From Polymyxa betae A26-41 (lineage: Eukaryota; Protista; Endomyxa: Phytomyxea), in NCBI GenBank assembly GCA_003693705.1, contig RBZT01000753.1, positions 10,336 to 74,335 of the forward strand: a DNA stretch of 64,000 bases, read 5' to 3'. The notes under the pieces were generated by a model. It searched no databases. It was given only the letters and a program-made list of their open reading frames with translations, and was not told the DNA's origin. Shown one piece after another: positions 52,720 to 64,000 of the stretch (its first letter is position 1; each line of letters begins with the position of its first letter). The translations under genes were made by a program, and so were the position numbers.

Positions 52720-54600
52720 TTATGAAGCGATGTAACATAACAATTTCAAGGATGTCTGAAATGATAAAAAAAAGTGTAACATTACAGTATCAGGTGAGGT
52801 CTCATCCAAAGCAGCATCAACACATTCCAAGTGCTCTGAAGTCCACTGCAGAAATTTACGTAAATTGTCTTGGTTCGGACTGAATAGAGACTGCATTTTT
52901 TCCAAATAATTCCTTGGTTTTAAAGAGCGCAGCCCGTTCAGTAAGCTGCTCATTTCATCGGACAAATCCTCGCTATCCCAATGCTGCTCTATAATTCCGT
53001 ATTCAGAGATACAAACCGAACAAATCGGATTCGCAGACCTTCGATAGCACCCAGATCGGGTAACGGCATAAAAACCGACAGAAATCGGCCTGCGGTCCAG
53101 TACGTCAGCGCCTGAACGACGCTGGGTGCGGTGCGGAACAAGGCTCGGGCAATGCTACAGGCTACGAGAGACGCGCGTTGGTTGCCGGACTTGACAATTT
53201 CGAAGACGTTGCCGCAATTAATAAACATGAGAATGGCCAGATGATTGGTGTTGCGAATGCCGAATTGTTTCGGATTGTTTCCGATGGCTTCTCCGAAGTA
53301 AGGCACGTCCTCGAAACTTCGTCAATGGCGTGGGCGGAGAATTGGTTAAAGCGAAATAATCATCGACGATCTGGAATATTCCATCGAGCGATAACGAGCT
53401 GCTGCGGACTAAATGAGCGATGAAATTGGCTGCCAGATTGATGCGAAGAGCAGTATGAAGTTGATCGGAAAGTGGCAGCAGACAAAAATCGATCAATTTT
53501 CGATCATCGATCTGTTTCGTTGTTATGACGTTGAGATCAAATAAGTATCTGTCACATAAAATAAGCCGAATAGCCATAATATAACTGAAAACTGCATGAA
53601 GATATTGAAGCGGATCAAACGAAAGATAATTTCAAAGAATTATAAAACACAGAGGACGGACTGTCGAAGAATGATACGCCACATGTGTAGAATTTCAGTA
53701 GGACGGGCACCGGGGACGTTACGTAGAACAACTTCATCCCACGGCTCCGTAAAGAATGTCACACACGCAGTCCGAGTCAAAACCGAATCGAATTCGGGCC
53801 CGTACCGACATGACAGCCTTCGAAAATACACGAGCCTGTTGATCACATGTAATGTTACCAAAGATTCCGATGAATGTTGACAGTAACAGGCCATCTCGGG
53901 AATACATAATGATAGAGAAATGTGGATTTTGTATGACCATGAATATTACAAAGAAGGATAGAATCCACAGAGGTCCAAATATTGGAATCAGCCCTAAAAC
54001 AACTGTGTCATTCACCACAAGTTAAAAAAAAGTGGAAGTTCACTTTGTCCGTGAGAAAACAACAGCTCGAGAGCAAAGTCCGGCGGAAATCGGATATTTT
54101 TGATACTGTAACATGATCAATAACAGGAATAGCTGGCACAAAAATGCGTTTTTAAAGAATATTTTTCAAAACTTTTCTACAAAAAAGAATCGGAAACTCG
54201 TCCCTACTTGAGGAGATTATCGACAAGTTTACACTCTTCGTTACTCTGAACATTGGTCAATGAAGATGGAGGAATATCTCGCAGTGTCTTGGAGAAGTCC
54301 CAATCAACTGGGTGTGGCGCCAGGGCGGCCCCCGACAATGCCAGAAGTAACGAATCCCCGTCGTGCCACGTTACCGTCGATGAAGCCGGCCGGCTCTGTA
54401 TCGTATCCCGCAGCGGTTCCCATTCTTGTTTTGAGGATGGGAGCTCGGATCTGAGCTGCATATTATGGCGGACATCGCCTATCAGCTGCACTATTTGACC
54501 ATGATGATCTGGATCCGGACTCACAGTAACAGCACTAGTAAGGACACTGCGTAGAACCAGAGCCAGTACGACCCACACCAGTTGTGTGGACCAGATCATG
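52720..54600 (-). pseudogene. Probable decayed secreted-protein gene
   Basis: Signal-peptide-like MIWSTQLVWVVLALVLRSVLTSA; downstream ORFs are fragmented across frames. Confidence 0.35.
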
Positions 54601-56073
54601 ATAGCGATTGATTGGTCAGATAGACGAGTCAAGAAGGCCTGATGGCAATCAAGTATGAAGGATCAGAGAAGATCGTAGTTTTGAGAGATCTACGCAGTTG
54701 ATGTTGTCAATAGATAGTGAATCAGATCAGTCAGAAAATGGTACTTCCGATTAGAGCGGAATGGGAACGATTGATCCCGAAAGCTCCAGTTGTGACTAGT
54801 CCATATTAATCCGCAAATTTCATCCATCGTCAAGAAATTGCGAAAAACCCGACAATGTGAACGGTAGCCTATAGCTATATGGTCAGGAATATTCCCAATC
54901 CATTCCAAGAATCCTCTTTATAATGCGATATCATACAAGCATGAACATGATCATTTTCATTGACGATATTTATACTGTATGAAGTTTATTGCGAAACAAG
55001 ACTGATGTGGCGTCGGAATCTGTCACAATCATTCTCATGAAGGGATTTCAATCCAAACCATACAGACTTAATTGTCATGAAAACCACGCAGGATGAATAT
55101 TTACAAAGAAACTGTATTGATGAAAGCATTATGATAGATCCAACAGGGAACCTCTATATGATAAAGAATCTGCAAGAAATCTTCATCAAAGTTCTGCTGC
55201 TGATTACAGCTCAACATAACGGAGTTTTATTAGATCTGAACAGATTGCAAGGAGGACAGATAGCAGATCCGGCCTAACAGATATCAACAATAAACAACAG
55301 AGACTGATCAATAGCAATGATGGATTAAACTTTGAAAAATCTGCGAGAGCATTCGAGAGCAATAGACGCGCTAACAAACTGGATGCAAGTTCACAAAAAA
55401 AGAATGACAAATTGTGACGATGGAGCCAGACCTCGGAGTGCTCAATTAGCGAAAATGGGTTCGTATGGCCAAGGTCAGGATGCCTTACAGAAATCCGGTC
55501 CAGGAGTTGATCAAACTCCGAACGGGGGCCTGTTTTTCTCGGAGTAAGACGAGACGAGCTTAGGTTCAGATCGCATGCTGGTGTTCTTCCGTTACACATC
55601 ACGAAACGCCTATTGAAACGTGATGCTCTGTCATGCGGCAATTCCAACGATACAATCTGAAGAATGTCGAATAGTTGGAATAGAAGTCTCTCAAATGCAT
55701 TGGGACCTCGTAACAAGGTAAAAGGCGCGCTTTCAAAAAGTAGTGAGCGAAAAGGGGGATTTAGCCGAATCTACAAGACCAGATGAATTAGTCGATATCG
55801 AGACTTTAAGATTCCAAATCTTTAATTAAACAAAAAAACCGTGCCCTAGAGGCTCTGTTGTATGAATGATGTGCTTCTGAAGGTGAGACATTAAACTACC
55901 ACACTTCCGCCTTTGTGTCCTTATTGTATTTTTTGATTTTTTTTACACACTTTCGGTGTTTTTTGTTCTTTTTTAGGTCAGTTTTCGAAGTAATCTATTT
56001 TTTCGTTGTTTTACGATTTATGTCTTGACCAAGAAACAAAATGATGCTCAGTTGAAATGGTCACAGAGAAGCG

Positions 56074-57273
56074 TTATCGAAGAAGGTTGCGAAACGATCG
56101 TTTGGTGCGCTGATCATTGATGATCTGCTTCAGACAATTCCGCAACTGTTTCTGCAAATTCGGATTCCGGACGCACTCTCTCAGACTCTTCCTATCCGCA
56201 TCGCGCTCATTCCAGTCGAGTACGACGCAGTCCCGCACCAGCACGTCCACGGCTTCGACCCTTCCCAGCCAGCACGCCAGATGCAGGGGGTAGTACGCCC
56301 CGGACGCCATCAGACCGAGATAGAACGGGTGCTGTCTCAGCAGGCACAGAGCGGCCACGTCGTTGGCGCGAATAACGTCATCGATAAGATCGGCGGCTTT
56401 CGGGACGTACACGACCGGAATGAAATCGTGGGCTTTGAGCAGGTCGCGGACCATTGGTAAGCTGCGGCTTGTACGACGGAACAGGAACAGACGCAGGGCG
56501 TGATATCCGTAGAAACCGCCGTCATCGTCATCCTTCTTGAGCCACGGATAAACACGGATCAAATCTTGGGCGGTTGGTGCGCAAACGTCCTGGAACGTCC
56601 ACAGGTCGAATTGTAACAGATTGCGCTGCATGCTATAGAGAAAGTCCGGATCCCGCAGCCACTCCTTCACTTCGGGTTTCATCGCAACGATCGTCATCCA
56701 ATCGGCAACTCCGTAGGTGTGATCCAGCATGACCGTGGTCTTATAATCAGCAGGGCGCAGACTGCCGACCGGCGCCAGCTGCAACACACGCGACAGGAGA
56801 TCGCCACGGCCATACCAGAAGGCCGTCACGGAGAACGCCAAATCCGCCACAAGTCCGAGCTGAAACACATCAATAAGAATGCGGAACAGCTCCACGGCTT
56901 TATCGTTATCCAGGCGCAGGATATCATCAATGAGACGTTTGGCGCGTGTATGGTCGTACACGACCCGGGACAGCTCCGTGCGCAGAAACGGGTTGAAAGC
57001 AGCACCGGACGCGGCCCGCCTCAGGACGGCGTACAGGCCCTCGGGGCCCGCCTGCGGATTGAACACGACCCTCGGGACGGCGAGCGGGTCCAGAAACCAC
57101 GGCTGGAGGCCGCGCGACCGAAGTCCCAGATCGACCATGACCGCCCGGTCCCCGGTCCCGTACACGATGCGGGCCAGTACGTCGGCGGGCAGGTCCGGGG
57201 CGTTCCCCGGGGTGGATTGCGCCGCCCAGCAGACGGTGATGTGAAGGAGGAAGATGAATAGAGACAGCCGCAT
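56074..57273 (-). CDS. Secreted 399-aa effector candidate: signal peptide, F-box-like motif, C-terminal ankyrin repeat
   Basis: MRLSLFIFLLHITVCWA signal; DLPADVLARIV; YPLHLACWLGRVEAVDVLV...NERDADRKSL; intronless and GC-rich. Confidence 0.75.
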   Translation of the reverse strand: MRLSLFIFLLHITVCWAAQSTPGNAPDLPADVLARIVYGTGDRAVMVDLGLRSRGLQPWFLDPLAVPRVVFNPQAGPEGLYAVLRRAASGAAFNPFLRTELSRVVYDHTRAKRLIDDILRLDNDKAVELFRILIDVFQLGLVADLAFSVTAFWYGRGDLLSRVLQLAPVGSLRPADYKTTVMLDHTYGVADWMTIVAMKPEVKEWLRDPDFLYSMQRNLLQFDLWTFQDVCAPTAQDLIRVYPWLKKDDDDGGFYGYHALRLFLFRRTSRSLPMVRDLLKAHDFIPVVYVPKAADLIDDVIRANDVAALCLLRQHPFYLGLMASGAYYPLHLACWLGRVEAVDVLVRDCVVLDWNERDADRKSLRECVRNPNLQKQLRNCLKQIINDQRTKRSFRNLLR

Positions 57274-58679
57274 GATTGAGAGAGAGATAGAGAATAGGTA
57301 GATGATAAGCCGGAGCTGGAGCAGTCCGTGGCGGCAGGAAACAATCTGTTGGAGGTTTCGGTTATTATTACTGAGCCATCGATGAGAGTTTGGATCTGCA
57401 TCTGAGGCGGGTTTGTTTTGACTAGAGAATGAGATTTTAGGGTTTTAGGGTTTGCGTGACTGGGAAATCCCTACCAATCAAGGACACTGTGAGAATTTGG
57501 AAGTTAAACGACAGCCACTTTTGTATTTTATTAGAGGAGATTTCAATCACTAACAAAACCGTTTTGGATAGATTTCATTCAATCAGCTTTGATCAATAGC
57601 AATTTGATCTTGGTTGTCCGTTTTCTTGACCCTGTTTTCCAGCAAGAAAAACGAACGATTGTGCTGATCTCTAAATCCGATACTTTCCCATATTATGAAA
57701 TCACAGCCTGAAGGTCTACATCTTTAACTATTTACCAAATGTTTTCTAAGAGTATATACGCAAGGCGAGTGACTCAGAGACTGATATTGCTTGATTGACT
57801 TCTCTGACAATGTCCAACAATGAATATTTAGAAAATGTTACAATTCGCGAAAACGTTGAATGTTCCAGCTGGAATGATCTCATGCGGGTGAAATTCGGCA
57901 TCACGTTCGCTCGCATTTTGTTCAATGATTCGTCAGCAATATCTAAATAGTGTCCAAGAGCTGCTTCTCCGGAACTGTCCTATAAAGTCTTCACCCAACA
58001 GGTCCCCTACGCTACGATTACCGTTTCTGTCCAAAATCTTCACGACGAATTGTCTCGGCGTTGGCAGTCCCCTCCGTAACTGGCGGACGAAATAATAATA
58101 AAATTTTCTCAAACAGGCACTGGTAGAGCAAAGTAAAATTGAACAATGCTTTATTGATCATTAACTCTTGTAAGGTTTCCTGCAGATAGAGCAGGACACT
58201 GTCTCAGTATCGCAGGACCTGACAGCGTGGGCGGGTATGACCATAAATCTCAGCCTGGACTGAAAGCTCTACATGAAGCTCGACTGGCGGTCAGCGCTAT
58301 AATATCGCCGTTTGGACAATTATACGACGCTGTGCCCTAATATGCGGGATTTGCCGGGATGAAAATCTGCACGAGCTCGGTCAAACGTCATTCTGCAAAC
58401 AGCCTGATTGTTCTCATATCATGAAGGTGACGCTCTCTGTTCCTGGCCTTGGCTTATAGATGCTGCCCTGCAATCATCCCGCTCCCAATCTGGGTCCGAC
58501 CCATCTATCACCAAGTCGAAGAGCTTTCCTCTCAAAGGCCGTCTCGGTCTTGATATGTCGCGCTCTACCATGATTTCTTCCGGCTACAAACTCGAAGACA
58601 ATAAGCAACGTGTCACCTCCGTTCTCCAGCTTCGTCCTCGGAGCCTTCTCTCTCCGACAAAGCCACCAGGATCTTCAGC

Positions 58680-61600
58680 ATGGGTCCTTCGTCGTTGAAA
58701 CCTTCCGGATCCGCCATCATCGAGGAGACGGTCGAGGTCGATTGTAGCCAGGACGTCCTGCTTGAGATGCTCCAGAAGGCGTATCCGAATCTGCAAAATG
58801 ATGTTCCTGATGCCGACGAAGGTCGTCTGGGCGCCTTGTTTCGTAACATCAAGCACCATGTTAAGAGCAAACTACAATGTTTACCGTGCTTCCGCGAATC
58901 TGATGGCAATGGTCCTTTCATTACCGACCGTGCCAATGAGGTCCGTTCTGCTCATTCCCATTCTTTTATTTCCATCAGATTTTTTTATATATTTTATATT
59001 TTTTCATATTTTTTTGTATTTTTTTGTTCGCTTCATAGACTAACTGACAATGATGTCTTTTTAGAAGAAATGGGCCAATATGACGATCGATACTGTGATG
59101 TCTGAGCTACAGACGGATTCCCAAACGGGCCTGAGCTCTGATGAAGCCCAGCGCTGGATTGAGTCTATTGGTGCGAACGTCCTGGATATGCCCAAATCGA
59201 CTCCGTTCTATGAGATTATGTGGGAGGCCATTAATAACGCGATCGTCTGGTTCATGGTGGCCGGTATCACGGCCATGTTCATCACCAAGAAGATCACCGA
59301 CGCCGTCGTCATGCTGCTCTGCGTCCTGTTTCTGATCGGAATGGGAACCTTGCCGGAATGGCAGTCTACTCGTCAAGCTAATAATCTCTCTATTGAGGCT
59401 CCTGGTCAAGTTCAGGTCCTTCGAGATGGACAGCCACAGGTCAGTAATTACACTCTTGCTTTTTTCAATATTATTTTCTATTAAGATTTGTTTTGTTCAG
59501 AATGTTTCCGTTTTTGTTGTTTCAAAACCCTAAACCCTGACTCCTGGGCAGATAATTTCTGCGAAGCAGCTGGTCCCTGGTGATATTATCATTCTGCGAA
59601 CTGGTGATCGCGCTCCAGCTGATTGTCGTGTCATCGAATCCAACTGCCTTCAAATATCCGAGGCCGAACTCACCGGAGAGTCGGAACTGATCGAGAAACA
59701 TCCTGAGGCTGTTCTGGAGCCCGGCTTGTCTGGGACCTACGACAACTTAATCCTCATGGGGACCATGGTGGCCAATGGGGACTGTCCGGCGGTTGGGGTT
59801 GAGACTGGAATGCGCGCTCGCTATGGCTCGATTCAGGATATGTTGATATCACATGGTAATGTAACATTACTTGTAGGGTTATCGGCTCAAGTCCGATACT
59901 GCAAAGCGTTTTGAATTTTTATCCAGTAAAGTTTATCAAATTCAATAAAAACTTTTATAATTTTTGAAATTCTTTTCACTCTTTAAAGAATGACTAATCC
60001 TTCATACTGAAAGAGAGAAATCGACTCCGCTGACGGACAAGGTCGGCTCTCTGGTCCTGAATTTCACCAAATTCACGGTTGGTGTTGCGACCGTCCTCTC
60101 CGCTACCTGTATCGGCCTGCGCCGAAAGCTCGAGCTTCGTCCTGCAGAACTTGATGCTGGGTCTGGAACTTTGTATAGCGGTCATCCCGGAAGGCCTTCC
60201 TATTGTCTGCGCATTGGCTTTGAACTCCGGCATGAAAACGATGAAGGAGATCTGCAACACACGAGCCCGCACCATGTCCGCTGTCGAGTGCCTCTCTTCT
60301 GTACGGAAAAAACCGGGACTCTCATCACAGGCAAGATGACCGTCGTGGGCGTGTACGTCCCCGGGTCCGAGTTCCATCTCGTGGTTGATGGTCGGGCTGT
60401 GAAGGATGATATCTGTGCTGGTCAGAAATCGGTCCTGTATGATGGTCCTGAACTCGATCTGATCATGTCGTCGACGGCATTATGTAATAGTGCCGAATTA
60501 CTCGATGGAACCTGGAAAGGACAAATGTCCGATATTGCTCTGGCCGAAGTTGCTTATAAGCGAAAGATTGATGCCAAGCAGGTACTGCTTTTCAAACAAC
60601 TTTCAGATTTTTTTTTGGAATAATTTTCTGTTTTTTTTTTCTGTCATCTCGTTTTCATTCGTAATGCTCTGATACTGTCATACACTTTGTCTTTTCATGT
60701 TTCTATGTGTCATCCTTCATAACAGTTTCTCTTCATTTTATCTCAAATTTCCTGATTTTCTTTATTAATGTTGGACCTAACTCCATCGCTAATTTGTTTT
60801 GCAGGTCTTCGATACTATCGCCACGAACACCTTCGATTCGAAGCGGAAGATGATGTCGGTTATGTTAACAACAACCCTGAAAATCCCATCTTCGCATCCA
60901 TAACCGATGCTCGATACGTGGCTGTCGTCAAAGGTCTCGCTGTTTTTGGTGAAACCCTAAACCCTAGCGTTAATATCACTGTCTAGGTGCTCCGGAGAAG
61001 ATCCTCGATTATGTGATGATCTGCGTCAGTCGAATGGAGAAATCCATCCGCTGTTAATGGAAGATTTAGAAGACCTGCCCACGTCGTGCTCGCATCCTGT
61101 CCGAGTCCGGATATCGAATTCTGGCGCTGGCGTACCTGCCCATCCCGAGCCGTGACGATCTCAGCCCGCGATTTGTCGAAGATCGTTTGGTGTTTGTCGG
61201 ATTTATGGCGATCGTGGATCCGCTGCGTGATTCGGTCCGGAACACCGTTCGCCGCCTTCATTCGGCCGGAATCGCGGTCAAGATGATCACGGGTGATTCG
61301 ATCGGGACGGCGTCCGCCATCGCCCGCCAGGCCCCGCATAATCGATACCGCCGACCCGTTCACGGCCTGTGTTGAGTGTACGGACCTGCAAGCGTTACCT
61401 AAAGAGGTCGACGACCTCTTCTTTCAGCAGCTTCTACTTCTGTACAAATCGCAGCCCGTGGTGGCCTCCAACCCGGACTTGCTGCAGAAAATCGCGCGAT
61501 ATCTCAAAGATGGTGATACTCCGGAGACCGTCGGCATACAGTTCAAAGAGGCTCAAACAGAACTGGATGATCTCGTAGATCGGACTGCAGTGTTCGCACG

Positions 61601-62759
61601 AGCGCAGCCTAATGATAAGGTCAGTCATTTGGTAATTGAAACCCTAAAACCCTAACTTCTGGTCACTATTGTCGAATCTGTACAGCGTCGGAACCATATC
61701 GTGACCATGACTGGTGATGGTGTCAATGACGCTCCGGCGTTGAAAGAGGTCGATGCCGGGTTCGCGGTGATGCCCGCCACGGACTTGGCGAAACGGGCTG
61801 CCCCGGTGAACTTGCTGGATGAGGATTTCGCTCGTGTTGGACAGATCATCTGTGAAGGACGTCGTGTCGCATACAGCATGGTCAAGGCCGTCTTTTGCAT
61901 GTTCGGGGAAACGTCGGCGAGCTCGGCCCTTTCTTCGGTCAATTGGGTTGGTATTCCCGCAACACTCCGCGGTCTGTTTGTCCTCTGGTTCAACGCCAAC
62001 ATCGATATCTTTAATATCACCCGGTTTGCCAACGATCAGGTATGACAAGTTGTTTGCTTTCTTGAGACTTTTCACAATTTTGCAATTTGCTAAACGCACT
62101 TTTTGCATTCATTGCGCGGTAATGTTTACGCGTCGCGCTTGTTTCTGCTTTTGATTTGTCTTACAGTTCGCACTGTTTGCATTCATTGCGCGGTATATTT
62201 TCTGGTCGCACCTTTTTGCTCTGTCGATTTGGCTTATTTTTTTATTGCAATCAACTTGTTGACCACCATGTTCTCCTACTTCATCTTACTGTTCGGCAAC
62301 CGTCGTCTGACCGGAAGTTTCTCGGGCACGTTTCGGATCCTCACTCCGCCTCTGCCGCCAGCGCTTTCGCCTCCATCAGCACTGTTGTCACGACATTGAT
62401 GGTCATATCGAAGCTGCTGCTCTCTTATACGTGCCGAAATCTCGAAGGGACTTTCGTCGGAAGGGAGTCTTTACGAACTGGCCAATGCACGCGGCTATCA
62501 TCGGATCATCGGCATTGACCATTGGCGTGCCTTTTATCCCAAAAGTCAACAAATATTTGGAGATGCATTCTATGCCTCACCTACTCCTGATCGTGGCCCT
62601 CATGTGTTCACCATCCTTAATGCTCTGACATGAAGATATGAAATTGATTCGGCGCCGCAATGCAATTCGTTTCACAGATGAAGCTGTTGTTCGTCCCACA
62701 CCCGGTCACGGTTTATGGAGTTACACAAGAAACGTTCTATCAACGCTGCGAAGATTGAT
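58680..62759 (+). pseudogene. Type II P-type cation ATPase (Ca2+/Na+ class), apparently pseudogenised
   Basis: LVPGDII, LTGES, IPEGLP, KGAPE, DPLR, MITGD, VFARAQP, TGDGVNDAPALK; phosphorylation motif reads EKTGT and is out of frame with the upstream AVECLS; further frameshifts. Confidence 0.8.
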
Positions 62760-63109
62760 GAAGAGATCCCATTGATCGCAATTTGCCCAACTTCTTTTAT
62801 GCGTTTCTCATTGTAGTTTTTGCAAATACACTTTCTATCATTATTATACCCTCTCTTCTTGCTGTCCTTTTCGTCATGATTTGTTTCTGAAAAAGACTCG
62901 CTTACTATAGGAAGCTAATGCCTTTTATCACATTGTAGTCACTAACGAAACATGCATTTTGCGACTTCTCCAAATATCCAAGTTTTGGTCAGAACTCCAA
63001 TCAGATGTTCATGATTTTGGAAATCTTCTGATAATGCTTTAGAGAGGTTGCAAAATATGATTTTTAGAGGTCAACTTTATGATGAATCGCCTGAAAATGA
63101 TATCTCAAT

Positions 63110-63902
63110 CTACTGGAAAACGTTGTTAGGGTTTAAAGCAGAGAGAGCAGGACATTGTCCAGTTGGTCCAGGACAATAGTTCTGTTGGAATTGATAATGA
63201 TCAATATAATGTCCAAATATATGAGAGAAATAATTAACATCATTATTACAATGATGTTCAAGACAGTATATTATTGGATGAAGAGAATGTCCAAGATAAT
63301 CACTCAGATCAGATGATAGATTCAGATTCCGCTTCTTCAGTTCATCATTCATTCGTAGAATACACTCCAACATGAGCTTCTGTGATATATTCAGAAAATA
63401 CAAATAAACCTGAACACAGTATTACCGTCTCAAATCCTTTCATAGAATATCTCAATAGACAATGAGCAAGATCTTCTCTATCACGAACTAGTTGTGATTT
63501 GATGGAGTATTTCGTATTGTCACTGACAAGGAGAGTCTCAAATCCGCACTGTTCCCTCTTGCCTTTGTACCTAGAACAAAGCTGCCGAAACTCATAATGC
63601 GAGAACGGATTGCCCCAGCGCGATTGAAAAATCCGAAGATCATTCTGACAGCATATTGTAACACATGAAAGTACTGGGTAACATGTGCGATACACCCAAT
63701 CACGACAGCGTTCACGTTTCATGTTCAATTTCGGGTCAGCAACTTTGGCCCGAACTATGCTTAGACATAAACTGGCCACCAATATCAACGTGGTTTTTGA
63801 TGTTGAGATTTGGGAGGTTTCGGTCAATATGATCTGATCATTGAGAATTTTGATATTAATGGGGTCTTTTGCAAATTTTGTTTTGCCTTTTCGTTCGATC
63901 AA
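63110..63902 (-). other. Hypothetical or degenerate ORF(s) of unknown family
   Basis: 185-aa and 97-aa overlapping ORFs in different frames; no motif recognised. Confidence 0.25.
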
Positions 63903-64000
63903 TAAATTTGTATCAGTAAGAAACGCGTACTCGTCATCATCAGGCTGCTTTTTCTGAATTACAGATTCAGAGTAAGATTCTGTTGACAGTCATGGTAAAG

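Overview
Eukaryotic nuclear DNA from a compact protist genome: ~50-bp GT-AG introns, a ciliary gene, TTT(T)AGGG telomere-like motifs and a secreted ankyrin protein. It most resembles a plasmodiophorid (Phytomyxea) plant parasite; this assignment is inference. The left part (1-29.3 kb) is gene-dense housekeeping DNA: UAP1-like N-terminus, PH-LRR-RhoGAP-like, 4xGAF Raf-like kinase, F-box, class-3 lipase, dynactin p62-like, RAD21, CEPT/EPT, Net1-like, TEX49/SPMIP11-like, ICME and P5C dehydrogenase. The right part (29.3-64 kb) is rich in transposons and pseudogenes: hAT, LINE, pogo and Copia relics, an ornithine aminotransferase with a signal-peptide-like first exon, a secreted F-box-like/ankyrin protein and a decayed P-type ATPase. 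The standout is a 2,918-bp, very AT-rich element (32679-35596) inserted into a hAT transposase gene. It has a perfect 6-bp TSD (AGTTGT), AGT...ACT termini and ~550-bp TIRs, as in Polintons/virophages. Each TIR begins with a ~171-bp fold-back palindrome and carries iterated motifs. The interior encodes no integrase, polymerase or capsid; it holds an intact tRNA-His(GTG) and short virus-like ORFs, with a shared TTACGTTATT motif upstream of two ORFs and the tRNA. All calls were made by eye; no searches were run.
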